DNA of 30,778 nt, from assembly GCA_030740155.1 (NCBI GenBank), contig JASLXV010000081.1:1-30778 (forward strand), in the 5' to 3' direction. The first letter of the stretch is position 1. Each line of letters starts with the position of its first letter. A program made the translations under genes and the position numbers. Positions 16,304-24,061 of this stretch are shown piece by piece. The notes beneath the pieces were generated by a model, which saw only the letters and a list, made by a program, of their open reading frames with translations, ran no database searches and was not told the DNA's origin. The stretch comes from Dehalococcoidia bacterium. Its GTDB lineage: Bacteria > Chloroflexota > Dehalococcoidia > Lucifugimonadales > UBA3495.

Positions 16304-17254
16304 CTATCCGGTGAGGACCAGCTTCTGGAGGGAGCGCGGCATGTGGGTCGGCACCTTGGTGTGGCTCAGGTGCGTGAAGGAAACCTCGGCCACGTAGATG
16401 TCGCCCCGGGAGTCAATGCAAATGCCGTGGGGCGCCAGGAAACTGCCGGGCTCCTCACTCTCGGGCACGTCCCCCAACTTGGCCAAGTAGTTGCCCTTGA
16501 TGTCCAGGATGCCGACCCGGGGGCCCAGCCCAACGGCCTTGGCGTTGGAGCCAATGCATACGCCCAGCTCACCCACGTAGACCCTCTGGTCCCCCGACTT
16601 GTCGATGTACAAACCACAGGGCCGGGCCATGTTGGTCCACTGGGTCTCGAACTTCCCCTTGGAGTCGAATATCTGGATGCGGTGATTCTCCCGGTCGGCC
16701 ACGTAGACCCAGCCATCCTTGTCGGTGGCGATGTTATGGGCGATGTTGAACTGGCTTGGACCGGTCCCCGACCCGCCCCACGAGAATAGCAGCTTCCCAT
16801 CCGGCGAGTACTTGTGCACCCGGGCGTTGCCGTAGCCGTCGGAGACGTAAAAATCCGCGGTCTTGGGGTCGATGGCCACGTGGGTGCAGCGGTTGAAGGG
16901 GTCGCCGCTCATGAAGGGGACGGGCTTGCCGCTGATGCCCAACTTGAACAACTCTTTCCCGTCCAGGGTGCACTTGCGGACCGTGTGGTCCCCGTCGTCG
17001 GTGCAGAAGATGGTGTCGTCGGGGCTCATGGTGATGCCGTGGGCCCTGGGGAAGACGCCCTCGCCCCAGGAGCGCAGGAAATTGCCCTCCCGGTCGAAGA
17101 TTATCATCGGGTGCTCCCCCCGGTTGAACACGTAGACGTTATCCTTGGAGTCCACCCCCACACCGCCGCACTCCTTGAAGGTCCAGCCGTCGGGCAGCTT
17201 GCCCCAGCCTTCGGCTACTTCGTAGGTGAATTTCGCGGTACCCAATGCCACCAT
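16304..17254 (-). CDS. NHL-repeat beta-propeller protein (PAL-like)
   Basis: YEVAEGWGKLP, repeated NHL units (VGVDSKDNVYVFNRG, YVSDGYGNARVHKY, VYVADRENHRIQIF, PHGICIDSRGDIYVAE). Start at ATG 17254. Confidence 0.9.
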   Translation of the reverse strand: MVALGTAKFTYEVAEGWGKLPDGWTFKECGGVGVDSKDNVYVFNRGEHPMIIFDREGNFLRSWGEGVFPRAHGITMSPDDTIFCTDDGDHTVRKCTLDGKELFKLGISGKPVPFMSGDPFNRCTHVAIDPKTADFYVSDGYGNARVHKYSPDGKLLFSWGGSGTGPSQFNIAHNIATDKDGWVYVADRENHRIQIFDSKGKFETQWTNMARPCGLYIDKSGDQRVYVGELGVCIGSNAKAVGLGPRVGILDIKGNYLAKLGDVPESEEPGSFLAPHGICIDSRGDIYVAEVSFTHLSHTKVPTHMPRSLQKLVLTG

Positions 17255-17444
17255 GGCGTCACCTCGTCCTTCATGTCCGGCCCCTCTCTGGCGCAGCCGG
17301 GGGCCGCTGCCGACGATTGTAACACCAACAGGCGGTATTTCAATGGACCGGCCCCCACGCCGCCTCAGCCGCCTCAGCCGTGCCATGGCGCCGGAGCAAT
17401 AGAACCTACTATACTAACGGTGGCGACAGCGCAGGAGGAGACCC

Positions 17445-17631
17445 ATGAAGTTTGAAACACTAGCGGTCCACGCGGGGCACCGGGTTGACCTCGAAACCGG
17501 CGCGGTCACTCCGCCTCTCCACTACCTTTGAACGAACCGGCGACGGCAGCTATCCCTGCGGGTACATTTACGCTCGCGGGGGCAATCCCAGCAGGGCAGC
17601 ATTGGAGGACCTGACACAAGCCCTGGCTTGA
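17445..17631 (+). pseudogene. Collapsed cystathionine gamma-synthase / methionine gamma-lyase family pseudogene
   Basis: RBS AGGAGGAG + MKFETLAVHAGHRVDLETGAVTPPLH, frameshift, then TTFERTGDGSYPCGYIYARGGNPSRAALEDLTQALA-stop. The PLP-binding core is missing. Confidence 0.85.
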
Positions 17632-17667
17632 GCGGGTCGTTGCGCCGCATTTCCGCTTATTTTGGAT

Positions 17668-18108
17668 TCACTCCACGAAGATGCGTACCTTTTCCTTGTC
17701 GCCCTGGGCATCGACCTCCAGGTCGTGCAACTCGTCGACGAGCTGTTCCAGGTCTTCGGTCTTCAAATTATGCAGGTCCACGTTGATCCCCTGATTCCCC
17801 AGGGCTTCGTTCACGCTCGTGGCGGCATTGTTGGGAATTAGGGCCGCCAGCTTGACTCCGGCGCGAATTAGGCCCATGGGGACCCGGATGTTCACCCGTT
17901 CACCGCCGGACTCCGAGTCCCCATTGGAGTCGGGCTCAACCACGATACGCAGGTACTTTGGCGACGGCCTGGGCGTATCTTTCGAGCCGGGCCGGTTCGG
18001 CTCGCCGGCGGACGGCCGGTCAACCAGGCCGAGCAATCGCTCGGCTTCTTCCACATTGATCTGGCCGTCGGCCAACATATCGAGGATTTGCCTTCGATTT
18101 TGAGTCAT
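17668..18108 (-). CDS. SHOCT-like/YvlB-like domain protein of the DUF2089 operon
   Basis: RRQILDMLADGQINVEEAERLL, PKYLRIVV, VNIRVPMGLIRAG, KVRIFVE. Confidence 0.8.
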   Translation of the reverse strand: MTQNRRQILDMLADGQINVEEAERLLGLVDRPSAGEPNRPGSKDTPRPSPKYLRIVVEPDSNGDSESGGERVNIRVPMGLIRAGVKLAALIPNNAATSVNEALGNQGINVDLHNLKTEDLEQLVDELHDLEVDAQGDKEKVRIFVE

Positions 18109-18134
18109 ATCAAAACCTCCGCAGGGCTATATCT

Positions 18135-18412
18135 CTACCTGATCGAGATGAACACCCGCTCGGAAGGCCCATCTACATCCAATCGAAACCCTCGAAGCGA
18201 GCAGAACAACCTGAAGAACGACGGTCCGGCCAGCAGCATCGGCCGGCCCCAACCCGTGGGCCACAGCAGGGCCGCCAGGACGATTACCAACGGGGATAGG
18301 GCAACTGCCAGCAAGGCGATGGGTGGCCGATGATGAAGAGCGGCAGCCACAGGCCAAAGCCCCGGCGTCGCCCTCGGATTCTCAGACGCAGGAACGACGG
18401 CGGCCAACTCAT
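18135..18412 (-). pseudogene. Small membrane protein of the DUF2089 operon with a 1-bp frameshift
   Basis: ATG 18412 overlaps the DUF2089 stop. MSWPPSFLRLRIRGRRRGFGLWLPLFII continues as (W)PPIALLAVALSPLVIVLAALLWPTGWG only if one base is restored at 18328/18329. Confidence 0.7.
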
Positions 18413-18771
18413 TCGGACAACCTCTCGATGGCTTCCGCGGCGGTAATGTCGCCGCGCTGAAGCTGGCTCAGGACCTCTGTTTGGGAGGGGACGGGATCCG
18501 TTTCCACGTACTCAAACTGGGCCGAGATGCGGTTGAGGCGGTTCTTTACCGTGGGGTAGCTGATCCCGAAAATCCGCTCCATCTCCTTGATCGAGCCGTG
18601 GCTGCGCACGAAAACCGTGACGAACACCTGGTCTTCGCCGGACAGCCGGGCCAGCGGCGGCAGCTCGAAGCTACCCTGGAGCGTTACGCCGCCGTCCGCC
18701 AAGCGCACTCGCTCGACGATGACCGGGGCGCCTCCGGTCAGTTTGGTCAACTCCTGCCAGCTCGCAGCCAT
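18409..18771 (-). CDS. DUF2089 family protein (putative HTH regulator)
   Basis: GSFELPPLARLSGEDQVFV..FVRSHGSIKEMERIFGISYPTVKNRL, and a C-terminal GDITAAEAIERL. Confidence 0.88.
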   Translation of the reverse strand: MAASWQELTKLTGGAPVIVERVRLADGGVTLQGSFELPPLARLSGEDQVFVTVFVRSHGSIKEMERIFGISYPTVKNRLNRISAQFEYVETDPVPSQTEVLSQLQRGDITAAEAIERLSE

Positions 18772-18792
18772 CACATCATCCTTAAGAATATA

Positions 18793-18825
18793 TATTCATG
18801 ATACATGAATACTTAAGAAAGTCAA
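18793..18825 (-). promoter_or_regulatory. Sigma70 promoter of the DUF2089 operon overlapped by a palindromic operator
   Basis: TTGACT-N16-TATCAT. Palindrome TATTCATG-ATA-CATGAATA at 18793-18811 spans the -10 box. Confidence 0.65.
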
Positions 18826-19114
18826 TAGCATACTTAATTTTATCACTAGACCCGGCACCCGGATGCCGCCCGTATTCACGAACATTCCGCCCCGGTCTTC
18901 GGCTGGTTCGATGAAAGGTCCGAAACGGCCGGCCGGAAAGATCCGGGCAATGTTCGAAGAGTTGCCCTGAACTTGGTATCATGAGGTATAGGTTCTTCGT
19001 TAACGGGATCGTTTGGCCCGGATACTTGGGGCCCCCTTTAGGTCCGATAGGCCGGGGAGCCACCCAATTCTCCGAAGGCGAACGGGCCGAGGGTCCGGTT
19101 GGAGACATATATCT

Positions 19115-19238
19115 AGTAACTATCTCAAAAGGTGGTTCGACAAGCTCACCACGAACGGGGGAGGAGCGCCCTATCCGTTCGTCCTGAGCCTGTCGAAGGA
19201 TCGCTGGAGTCGGCACTCAAGGTTTTGGGATAGTTACT
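19115..19238. mobile_element. 124-bp MITE-like element with 16-bp terminal inverted repeats and a REP-like core
   Basis: AGTAACTATCTCAAAA ... TTTTGGGATAGTTACT (15/16 inverted match), bounded by CTAG/TTAG. Related copies lie at 12180 and 15279. Confidence 0.75.
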
Positions 19239-19317
19239 TAGTGGACCGCCGGGCGGTGCTCCGGGAGGGGCCGGCCGGCGCGGTGCTAATGCGGAACAGG
19301 CGTGAGGTCGAGAATCG

Positions 19318-20013
19318 ATGGCCCAGGAAGGTAGAAGGGACTACGTCAAGCACAGCTTTCTCAAGGTATCCCCTGAGTGGCGGCGGCTACCGCCGGGGGA
19401 ACGGGACCACGGTAAGAAGCAGTTTGCCGAGGTGGTGGCCAAGTTCTCCGGCCGCCTGGCGACGGCCAGCTACAGCCTGGTGGGCACCCGGGGCAACGTG
19501 GACCTCTTGCTTTGGAAGGTCAGCCCCTCCTTGGAGGCCATCAACGAGCTGCTGGCCCAGCTGAACCGCACCGAGCTGGGCAAATTCCTCTCCATGCCCC
19601 ACTCTTACCTGTCGATGACCCGCCGGTCCCCCTACCTGGAGCACCACCAGCATGAAGGACAGGTAGGGACCGCCGCCACCATGCGGATCATCGGGCGCAA
19701 GTATCTGTTCGTCTACCCCTTCGTCAAAACCCCCGACTGGTACTTCCTTTCCCAAGAGGAGCGCCAGACCTTGATGGACGAGCATTTCACCATCGGGCAC
19801 CGCTACCCTTCGGTGAAAATAAGCACCGGTTACTCTTTCGGCATAGACGACCAGGAGTTCGTGCTGGGCTTCGAGACCGACGACCCGCCGAATTTTCTGG
19901 AGCTGATGACCGAGCTAAGAGAGGCGATAGGGCGTCGCTACACCCTGCGGGACACCCCCATTTTCACCTGCATTCACAAGCCCCTGAGGGAGTGCCTGGA
20001 CGACCTGGGGTAG
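19318..20013 (+). CDS. Chlorite dismutase family protein, probable coproheme decarboxylase (ChdC/HemQ-like)
   Basis: YSLVGTRGNVDLLLW, YLFVYPFVKTPDWY..ERQTLMDEH..G, YSFGIDDQEFV. Confidence 0.88.
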   Translation: MAQEGRRDYVKHSFLKVSPEWRRLPPGERDHGKKQFAEVVAKFSGRLATASYSLVGTRGNVDLLLWKVSPSLEAINELLAQLNRTELGKFLSMPHSYLSMTRRSPYLEHHQHEGQVGTAATMRIIGRKYLFVYPFVKTPDWYFLSQEERQTLMDEHFTIGHRYPSVKISTGYSFGIDDQEFVLGFETDDPPNFLELMTELREAIGRRYTLRDTPIFTCIHKPLRECLDDLG

Positions 20014-20022
20014 CCAAGCGTT

Positions 20023-20150
20023 GCACGGCATGCCGGAACGGGGTAGGGGCATAGCATGCTGGAATGGGGTAGGGATCCAGCATGCTGGAACCCGGGTAGG
20101 GGCACAGCACGCCGGAACTGGGGTAGGGGCACAGCATGCTGGACCCCTAC
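20023..20150. repeat. Tandem array of ~4.5 copies of a 26-27-bp GTAG-type REP-like unit
   Basis: Consensus GGGTAGGGGCACAGCATGCTGGAAC, units at 20041, 20067, 20094 and 20121. The last unit closes as GTAGGGG..CCCCTAC. Located between convergent genes. Confidence 0.85.
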
Positions 20151-20169
20151 GCAATGGGGGCGCGGCTGG

Positions 20170-22458
20170 CTAGCTTCCGGCTGCTTCCGTATTCTTTAGA
20201 TGGTTCATCGCCGAGCCCGCCTTGAACCATTCAATCTGGCCCTGATTCAGCGTGTGGTGCAGGTTCAGGGTCTCTTGGGTGCCGTCGGCGTGGTTGATGA
20301 CGCAGTTCACCGGCTTTCCCGGAGCCAGGCCGTTCAGGTCTAGGAGGCTGATCCGGTCGTCTTCCCGTATCCGGTCGTAGTCGCCAAGGTCCGGGAAGGT
20401 CAGAGGCAGCAGGCCCTGCTTTTTCAAGTTGGACTCGTGGATGCGGGCAAAGCTGCGGCTGATGATGGCGGCAGCGCCCAGCAGGCGGGGCGACATGGCG
20501 GCGTGCTCCCGGCTGCTTCCTTCACCGTAGTTGTGGTCACCGACGGCCACCCAGCGTAAGCCCTCGGCCTGGTAGTGCCTGGCAATCACCGCGATAGACT
20601 GCTCGCTCTCGCCGCTGAGGACATCCAGCCCTTTCCCGGCCTTCCCCGTGTGGGCGTTGATGGCGCCCATGAACATGTTGTCGCTGAATTTCCCCAAATG
20701 GCCCCGGTAGCGAAGCCAAACACCCGCTGGCGATATGTCGTCGGTGGTGGTCTTACCTTTCGTCTTTATCAGGACCGGCATATCCAGGAAATCGTTGCGA
20801 TCCCATTCCTGCCAAGGCTCCAACAGCTGGAGCCGCTCGCTTTTCGGGTCTACCGCCAACTCGATCTTGCTCCCGTCCTCCGGTGGCGCCTCAAAAGAGG
20901 AATGACCTGGATTGAAGCCCTGCTCCGGGACCTCGGGCGCGCGCTTGGGCGGGTCCAATTTGAACTGGGTACCATCGGCCGCGGTAAGGGTGTCGGTCAT
21001 CGGGTTGAAGGACAGCCGGCCGGCCAGGGCCAGGGCGGTGACCATTTCCGGGCTGCCGATGAGGTTCATGGTGGATGCTTGACCGTCGTTGCGTGCCGGA
21101 AAGTTCCGGTTGTAGGAGGTGACAATGGTATTGGGTGCGCCGGTTGCTTTATCGGCCCGACGCCACTGGCCGATGCACGGGCCACAGGCGTTGGCCAACA
21201 CGACGGCATCGATGTCTTTGAGGGACTGCATCTGCCCGTCTCTTTCGATGGTAGCCCGCACCTGCTCGGAGCCAGGGGTGACCATGAAGGGCACCGCAAA
21301 TTTTATGCCGTGGGCCTTGGCCTGCTCCGCCACGTCGGCGGAGCGGCTCATGTCTTCGTAAGACGAGTTGGTGCAGCTGCCGATCAAGGCCGATGAAATC
21401 TCGTCTACCAAATCGCTGCTCTGCCGAAGCTCACTAGCTAGCTGAGAGATAGGCCGCGCGCGGTCGGGAGAGTGGGGTCCCACCAGGTGAGGTTCCAGCT
21501 TGGACAGGTCGATCTCCACGATGCGGTCAAAGTATTGTTCCGGGTTTGCTTCGCATTCCGGGTCGGCCGCCAGCAGGTGCTTATTTTGCTCGGCCAAGTC
21601 GGCCAGAGCGCCTCGGCCAGTGGCCTGAAGGTACCGGGCCATACGCTCGTCGTAGGGAAAAAGAGACGTGGTAGCGCCAAGCTCGGCACCCATGTTGGTG
21701 ATGGTGGCCTTACCCGTGGCGCTGATGGACTTGGCCCCCGGGCCGAAGTATTCGATTATCGTGTTGGTTCCGCCGGAAACGGTCAACTCCCCTGCCAGGT
21801 AGAGTATTACGTCCTTGGGAGCGGTCCACCCGTGGAGTTCCCCGGTTAGGCGCACACCTATGACCTTGGGATAGAGCAGTTCCCAGGGCAGACCAGCCAT
21901 CACCTCCACGGCGTCGGCTCCGCCGACACCGACGGAAATGGATCCCAGGCCGCCACCCATGGGGGTATGGGAGTCGGTGCCGATCATCATCTCTCCGGGG
22001 AAGGCATAATTCTCGAACGCCACCTGGTGAATAATCCCGGCCCCCGGTCCCCAGAACCCAACTCCGAACTTGGCTGACGCCGTGCGTAAGAAGTTGTAGA
22101 CTTCATCGTTCTCTTGAAGGGACTCTTTGAGGTCGGCTGCTCCTTCCACCCTGGCCTGAATGAGGTGGTCGGTATGAACCGAGGTGGGAACAGCGGTGGT
22201 AGCCCGTTTGGTCTGCATGAAGTTGAGCATCACGGTTTGCCCCAAGACATCCTGCAGGATGACCCGGTCGGGGTTCAGCATAAGGTAACTGGTGCCCGGA
22301 ATCAGTTCGGCCCCGGCCGGGTCGTCCAAATGGCCCAGCAAGACCTTTTGGGCCAGGGTTAAGGGGCGGTTGAGCCGGGCCCGGACGACTTCCAGGTTGC
22401 GCGCCGTTTTCTGATACACGCCGGCTACGATTTCCGGGGTTAACTCGACTGCGCTCAT
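20170..22458 (-). CDS. Aconitate hydratase (mitochondrial-type)
   Basis: HTDHLIQA, GTDSHT, LIGSCTNSSYED, ANACGPCIGQW, SYNRNF, NYGEGSSREHAA. Start at ATG 22458 after AGGAG. Confidence 0.95.
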   Translation of the reverse strand: MSAVELTPEIVAGVYQKTARNLEVVRARLNRPLTLAQKVLLGHLDDPAGAELIPGTSYLMLNPDRVILQDVLGQTVMLNFMQTKRATTAVPTSVHTDHLIQARVEGAADLKESLQENDEVYNFLRTASAKFGVGFWGPGAGIIHQVAFENYAFPGEMMIGTDSHTPMGGGLGSISVGVGGADAVEVMAGLPWELLYPKVIGVRLTGELHGWTAPKDVILYLAGELTVSGGTNTIIEYFGPGAKSISATGKATITNMGAELGATTSLFPYDERMARYLQATGRGALADLAEQNKHLLAADPECEANPEQYFDRIVEIDLSKLEPHLVGPHSPDRARPISQLASELRQSSDLVDEISSALIGSCTNSSYEDMSRSADVAEQAKAHGIKFAVPFMVTPGSEQVRATIERDGQMQSLKDIDAVVLANACGPCIGQWRRADKATGAPNTIVTSYNRNFPARNDGQASTMNLIGSPEMVTALALAGRLSFNPMTDTLTAADGTQFKLDPPKRAPEVPEQGFNPGHSSFEAPPEDGSKIELAVDPKSERLQLLEPWQEWDRNDFLDMPVLIKTKGKTTTDDISPAGVWLRYRGHLGKFSDNMFMGAINAHTGKAGKGLDVLSGESEQSIAVIARHYQAEGLRWVAVGDHNYGEGSSREHAAMSPRLLGAAAIISRSFARIHESNLKKQGLLPLTFPDLGDYDRIREDDRISLLDLNGLAPGKPVNCVINHADGTQETLNLHHTLNQGQIEWFKAGSAMNHLKNTEAAGS

Positions 22459-22484
22459 CAGTAGACTCCTCTCAGACACAATAG

Positions 22485-22517
22485 AGAACCTTTAAAGGGT
22501 TCTCCTTTAAAGGTTCT
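22485..22517. promoter_or_regulatory. Perfect 14-bp inverted repeat with self-palindromic arms in the ferredoxin-aconitase intergenic region
   Basis: AGAACCTTTAAAGG-GTTCT-CCTTTAAAGGTTCT. Confidence 0.5.
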
Positions 22518-22564
22518 TCACATCCCCGGCCGGAAGGGGAAATAACAGGCCCGGAAAGGCCCTA

Positions 22565-22831
22565 TTACCGCTTCAGGTCGGCGGCGTCGTTGTTCTTGAA
22601 GTAGTCGTAGTTCATCGCGATGTAGGCGTTGAACTGGGGAGGGGTAGCGTCTTCGGCGAAGATGGCGGCCACCGGGCATACCGGCTCGCAAGCGGCGCAA
22701 TCGATGCACTCATCGGGGTTGATGTAGTACATATCGTCTTCGTCTCGGGTGTAAATGCAGTCAACCGGGCAAACATCAACACACGCCGAGTCTTTAACGC
22801 CGACACACGGCTCGGTAATTATGTAGGTCAT
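22565..22831 (-). CDS. Ferredoxin (FdxA-like, 7Fe type)
   Basis: YIITEPCVGVKDSACVDVCPVDCI and INPDECIDCAACEPVCP. Confidence 0.92.
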   Translation of the reverse strand: MTYIITEPCVGVKDSACVDVCPVDCIYTRDEDDMYYINPDECIDCAACEPVCPVAAIFAEDATPPQFNAYIAMNYDYFKNNDAADLKR

Positions 22832-22910
22832 TCCTCACGGCTCCTTGTGAAGTAGGTGGGGCGACACCAACCCCCGGCGCGCCTGCATATTTGCGAAGCG
22901 GCCAGAACGA

Positions 22911-22938
22911 ATTATAGCATAGCTCCACCGGGTTGCAA
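22911..22938 (-). promoter_or_regulatory. Putative sigma70 promoter for ferredoxin/aconitase
   Basis: TTGCAA-N16-TATAAT with an extended -10 TGC. Confidence 0.55.
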
Positions 22939-23130
22939 CAACGGGCCTGGCCGGATCGAGACCCGGCGCCGAAGCGGCTTAGTCCCACCGGCTTTGAGCT
23001 GCCTATCTATGCAAAAACCGGTCTACGCAAAAAACCGGCGACCGCGATTCGGAACTGAGGATGACTCCCCAGTGTTCCCATCAGCGGCCGCCATGCCGGG
23101 CATCCGGTGCGGGTTGCCGGCTGGTCTGAG

Positions 23131-23571
23131 TTACAGGACCAAGCCGTAGGTGCGCTTCTTGATCGCCAGGTTCACGAAGGTCTCAGTGCGCTGGACGCCC
23201 TCGATGACCCCGATCTTGGTCCTCAAGAAGGTTCCCAGACTTTCGGCCGACTCCAACCCAGCCCATATGAAAACGTCGTAGGCCCCGGTGGTGATAGCTA
23301 CATAGTGGGCTTCGTCCAAGCTGGCGATGGCCTCCGCCACCGCATCCGACCGGCCGGGGCCGGTCTGGAGGCCGATCAGGGCCGTGGTAGCGTATCCCAG
23401 CTTTTCCAGGTTGGGGACGGCAATCACCTTGACCACGTCGTCTTGAATCAACCGGCGCAACCGCCGCCTCACTGTACCTTCACTGACCCCAACTTCCCGC
23501 GCAATCTTTGCGTTTGAAGCTCGGCCGTCCAATTGCAAGAGGCCGATAATCTTGCGGTCCAATTCGTCCAT
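23131..23571 (-). CDS. Lrp/AsnC family transcriptional regulator
   Basis: MDELDRKIIGLLQLDGRASNAKIAREVGVSEGTVRRRL, and ITTGAYD. Confidence 0.93.
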   Translation of the reverse strand: MDELDRKIIGLLQLDGRASNAKIAREVGVSEGTVRRRLRRLIQDDVVKVIAVPNLEKLGYATTALIGLQTGPGRSDAVAEAIASLDEAHYVAITTGAYDVFIWAGLESAESLGTFLRTKIGVIEGVQRTETFVNLAIKKRTYGLVL

Positions 23572-23615
23572 TGGTGCCACTCCCCATAATTTCTTGGATC
23601 AGGTAGTCACAATCA

Positions 23616-23644
23616 ATCATAGGCTGGGGGTGATAAGTTGTCAA
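23616..23644 (-). promoter_or_regulatory. Sigma70 promoter of the Lrp/AsnC gene
   Basis: TTGACA-N17-TATGAT. Confidence 0.7.
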
Positions 23645-23894
23645 TACCGCTGTCGGATCGGCGAATGGCGTCTTGGTTTACGAATTGGCTCTAGTCGATT
23701 GGTTGACGTTAAGTTCCTCTTCGAACCTATGGAGTATCGAACATTCGTCGGCTTTGATAACGGTCATGCGTAGCGAGGGGCCTGCAGACCGCCTTTTGAG
23801 GGGCTTGCTAACCTGCAACTCCGCTATTTCTTGGGCTTCTTGCGTTTCGCACGCCTGCGGGACGGCTGGTTGCAGTGTGGCGCGAAAAATGGTA

Positions 23895-23923
23895 TTGCTG
23901 GGGTTGAGCCCATTTGATAACAT
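23895..23923 (+). promoter_or_regulatory. Putative promoter of tRNA-Ser-miaB-nadA
   Basis: TTGCTG-N17-TAACAT with an extended -10 TG, 12 bp before the tRNA. Confidence 0.55.
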
Positions 23924-23935
23924 GTATGCAAGCAG

Positions 23936-24024
23936 GGAGGGATCGCATAGTGGCCTAGTGCGGGCGCCTGCTAAGCGCTTAACCTGTGAAAGCGGGTTCA
24001 TGGGTTCGAATCCCATTCCCTCCG
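23936..24024 (+). tRNA. tRNA-Ser(GCT)
   Basis: Acceptor GGAGGGA/TCCCTCC, anticodon arm GGCGC-CTGCTAA-GCGCT, long variable arm, GGTTCGAATCC, discriminator G. CCA is not encoded. Confidence 0.95.
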
Positions 24025-24061
24025 CCGTCTCTTGTACCTACGGCCGCCTCGGCTAACAAAT

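Noticed and set aside
18782..19216. 144-aa ORF (and similar ORFs at 12182-12678)
   Set aside because: LRQAQDER/PFVVSLSNH-type peptides are translations of the repeat element, not protein motifs.
20023..20150. Possible CRISPR array
   Set aside because: The repeats are contiguous with no unique spacers, and there are no cas genes in the window.
23936..24024. Possible tRNA-Sec partnering the UGA-containing gene
   Set aside because: The anticodon is GCT with a normal 7-bp acceptor stem, so it is an ordinary tRNA-Ser.
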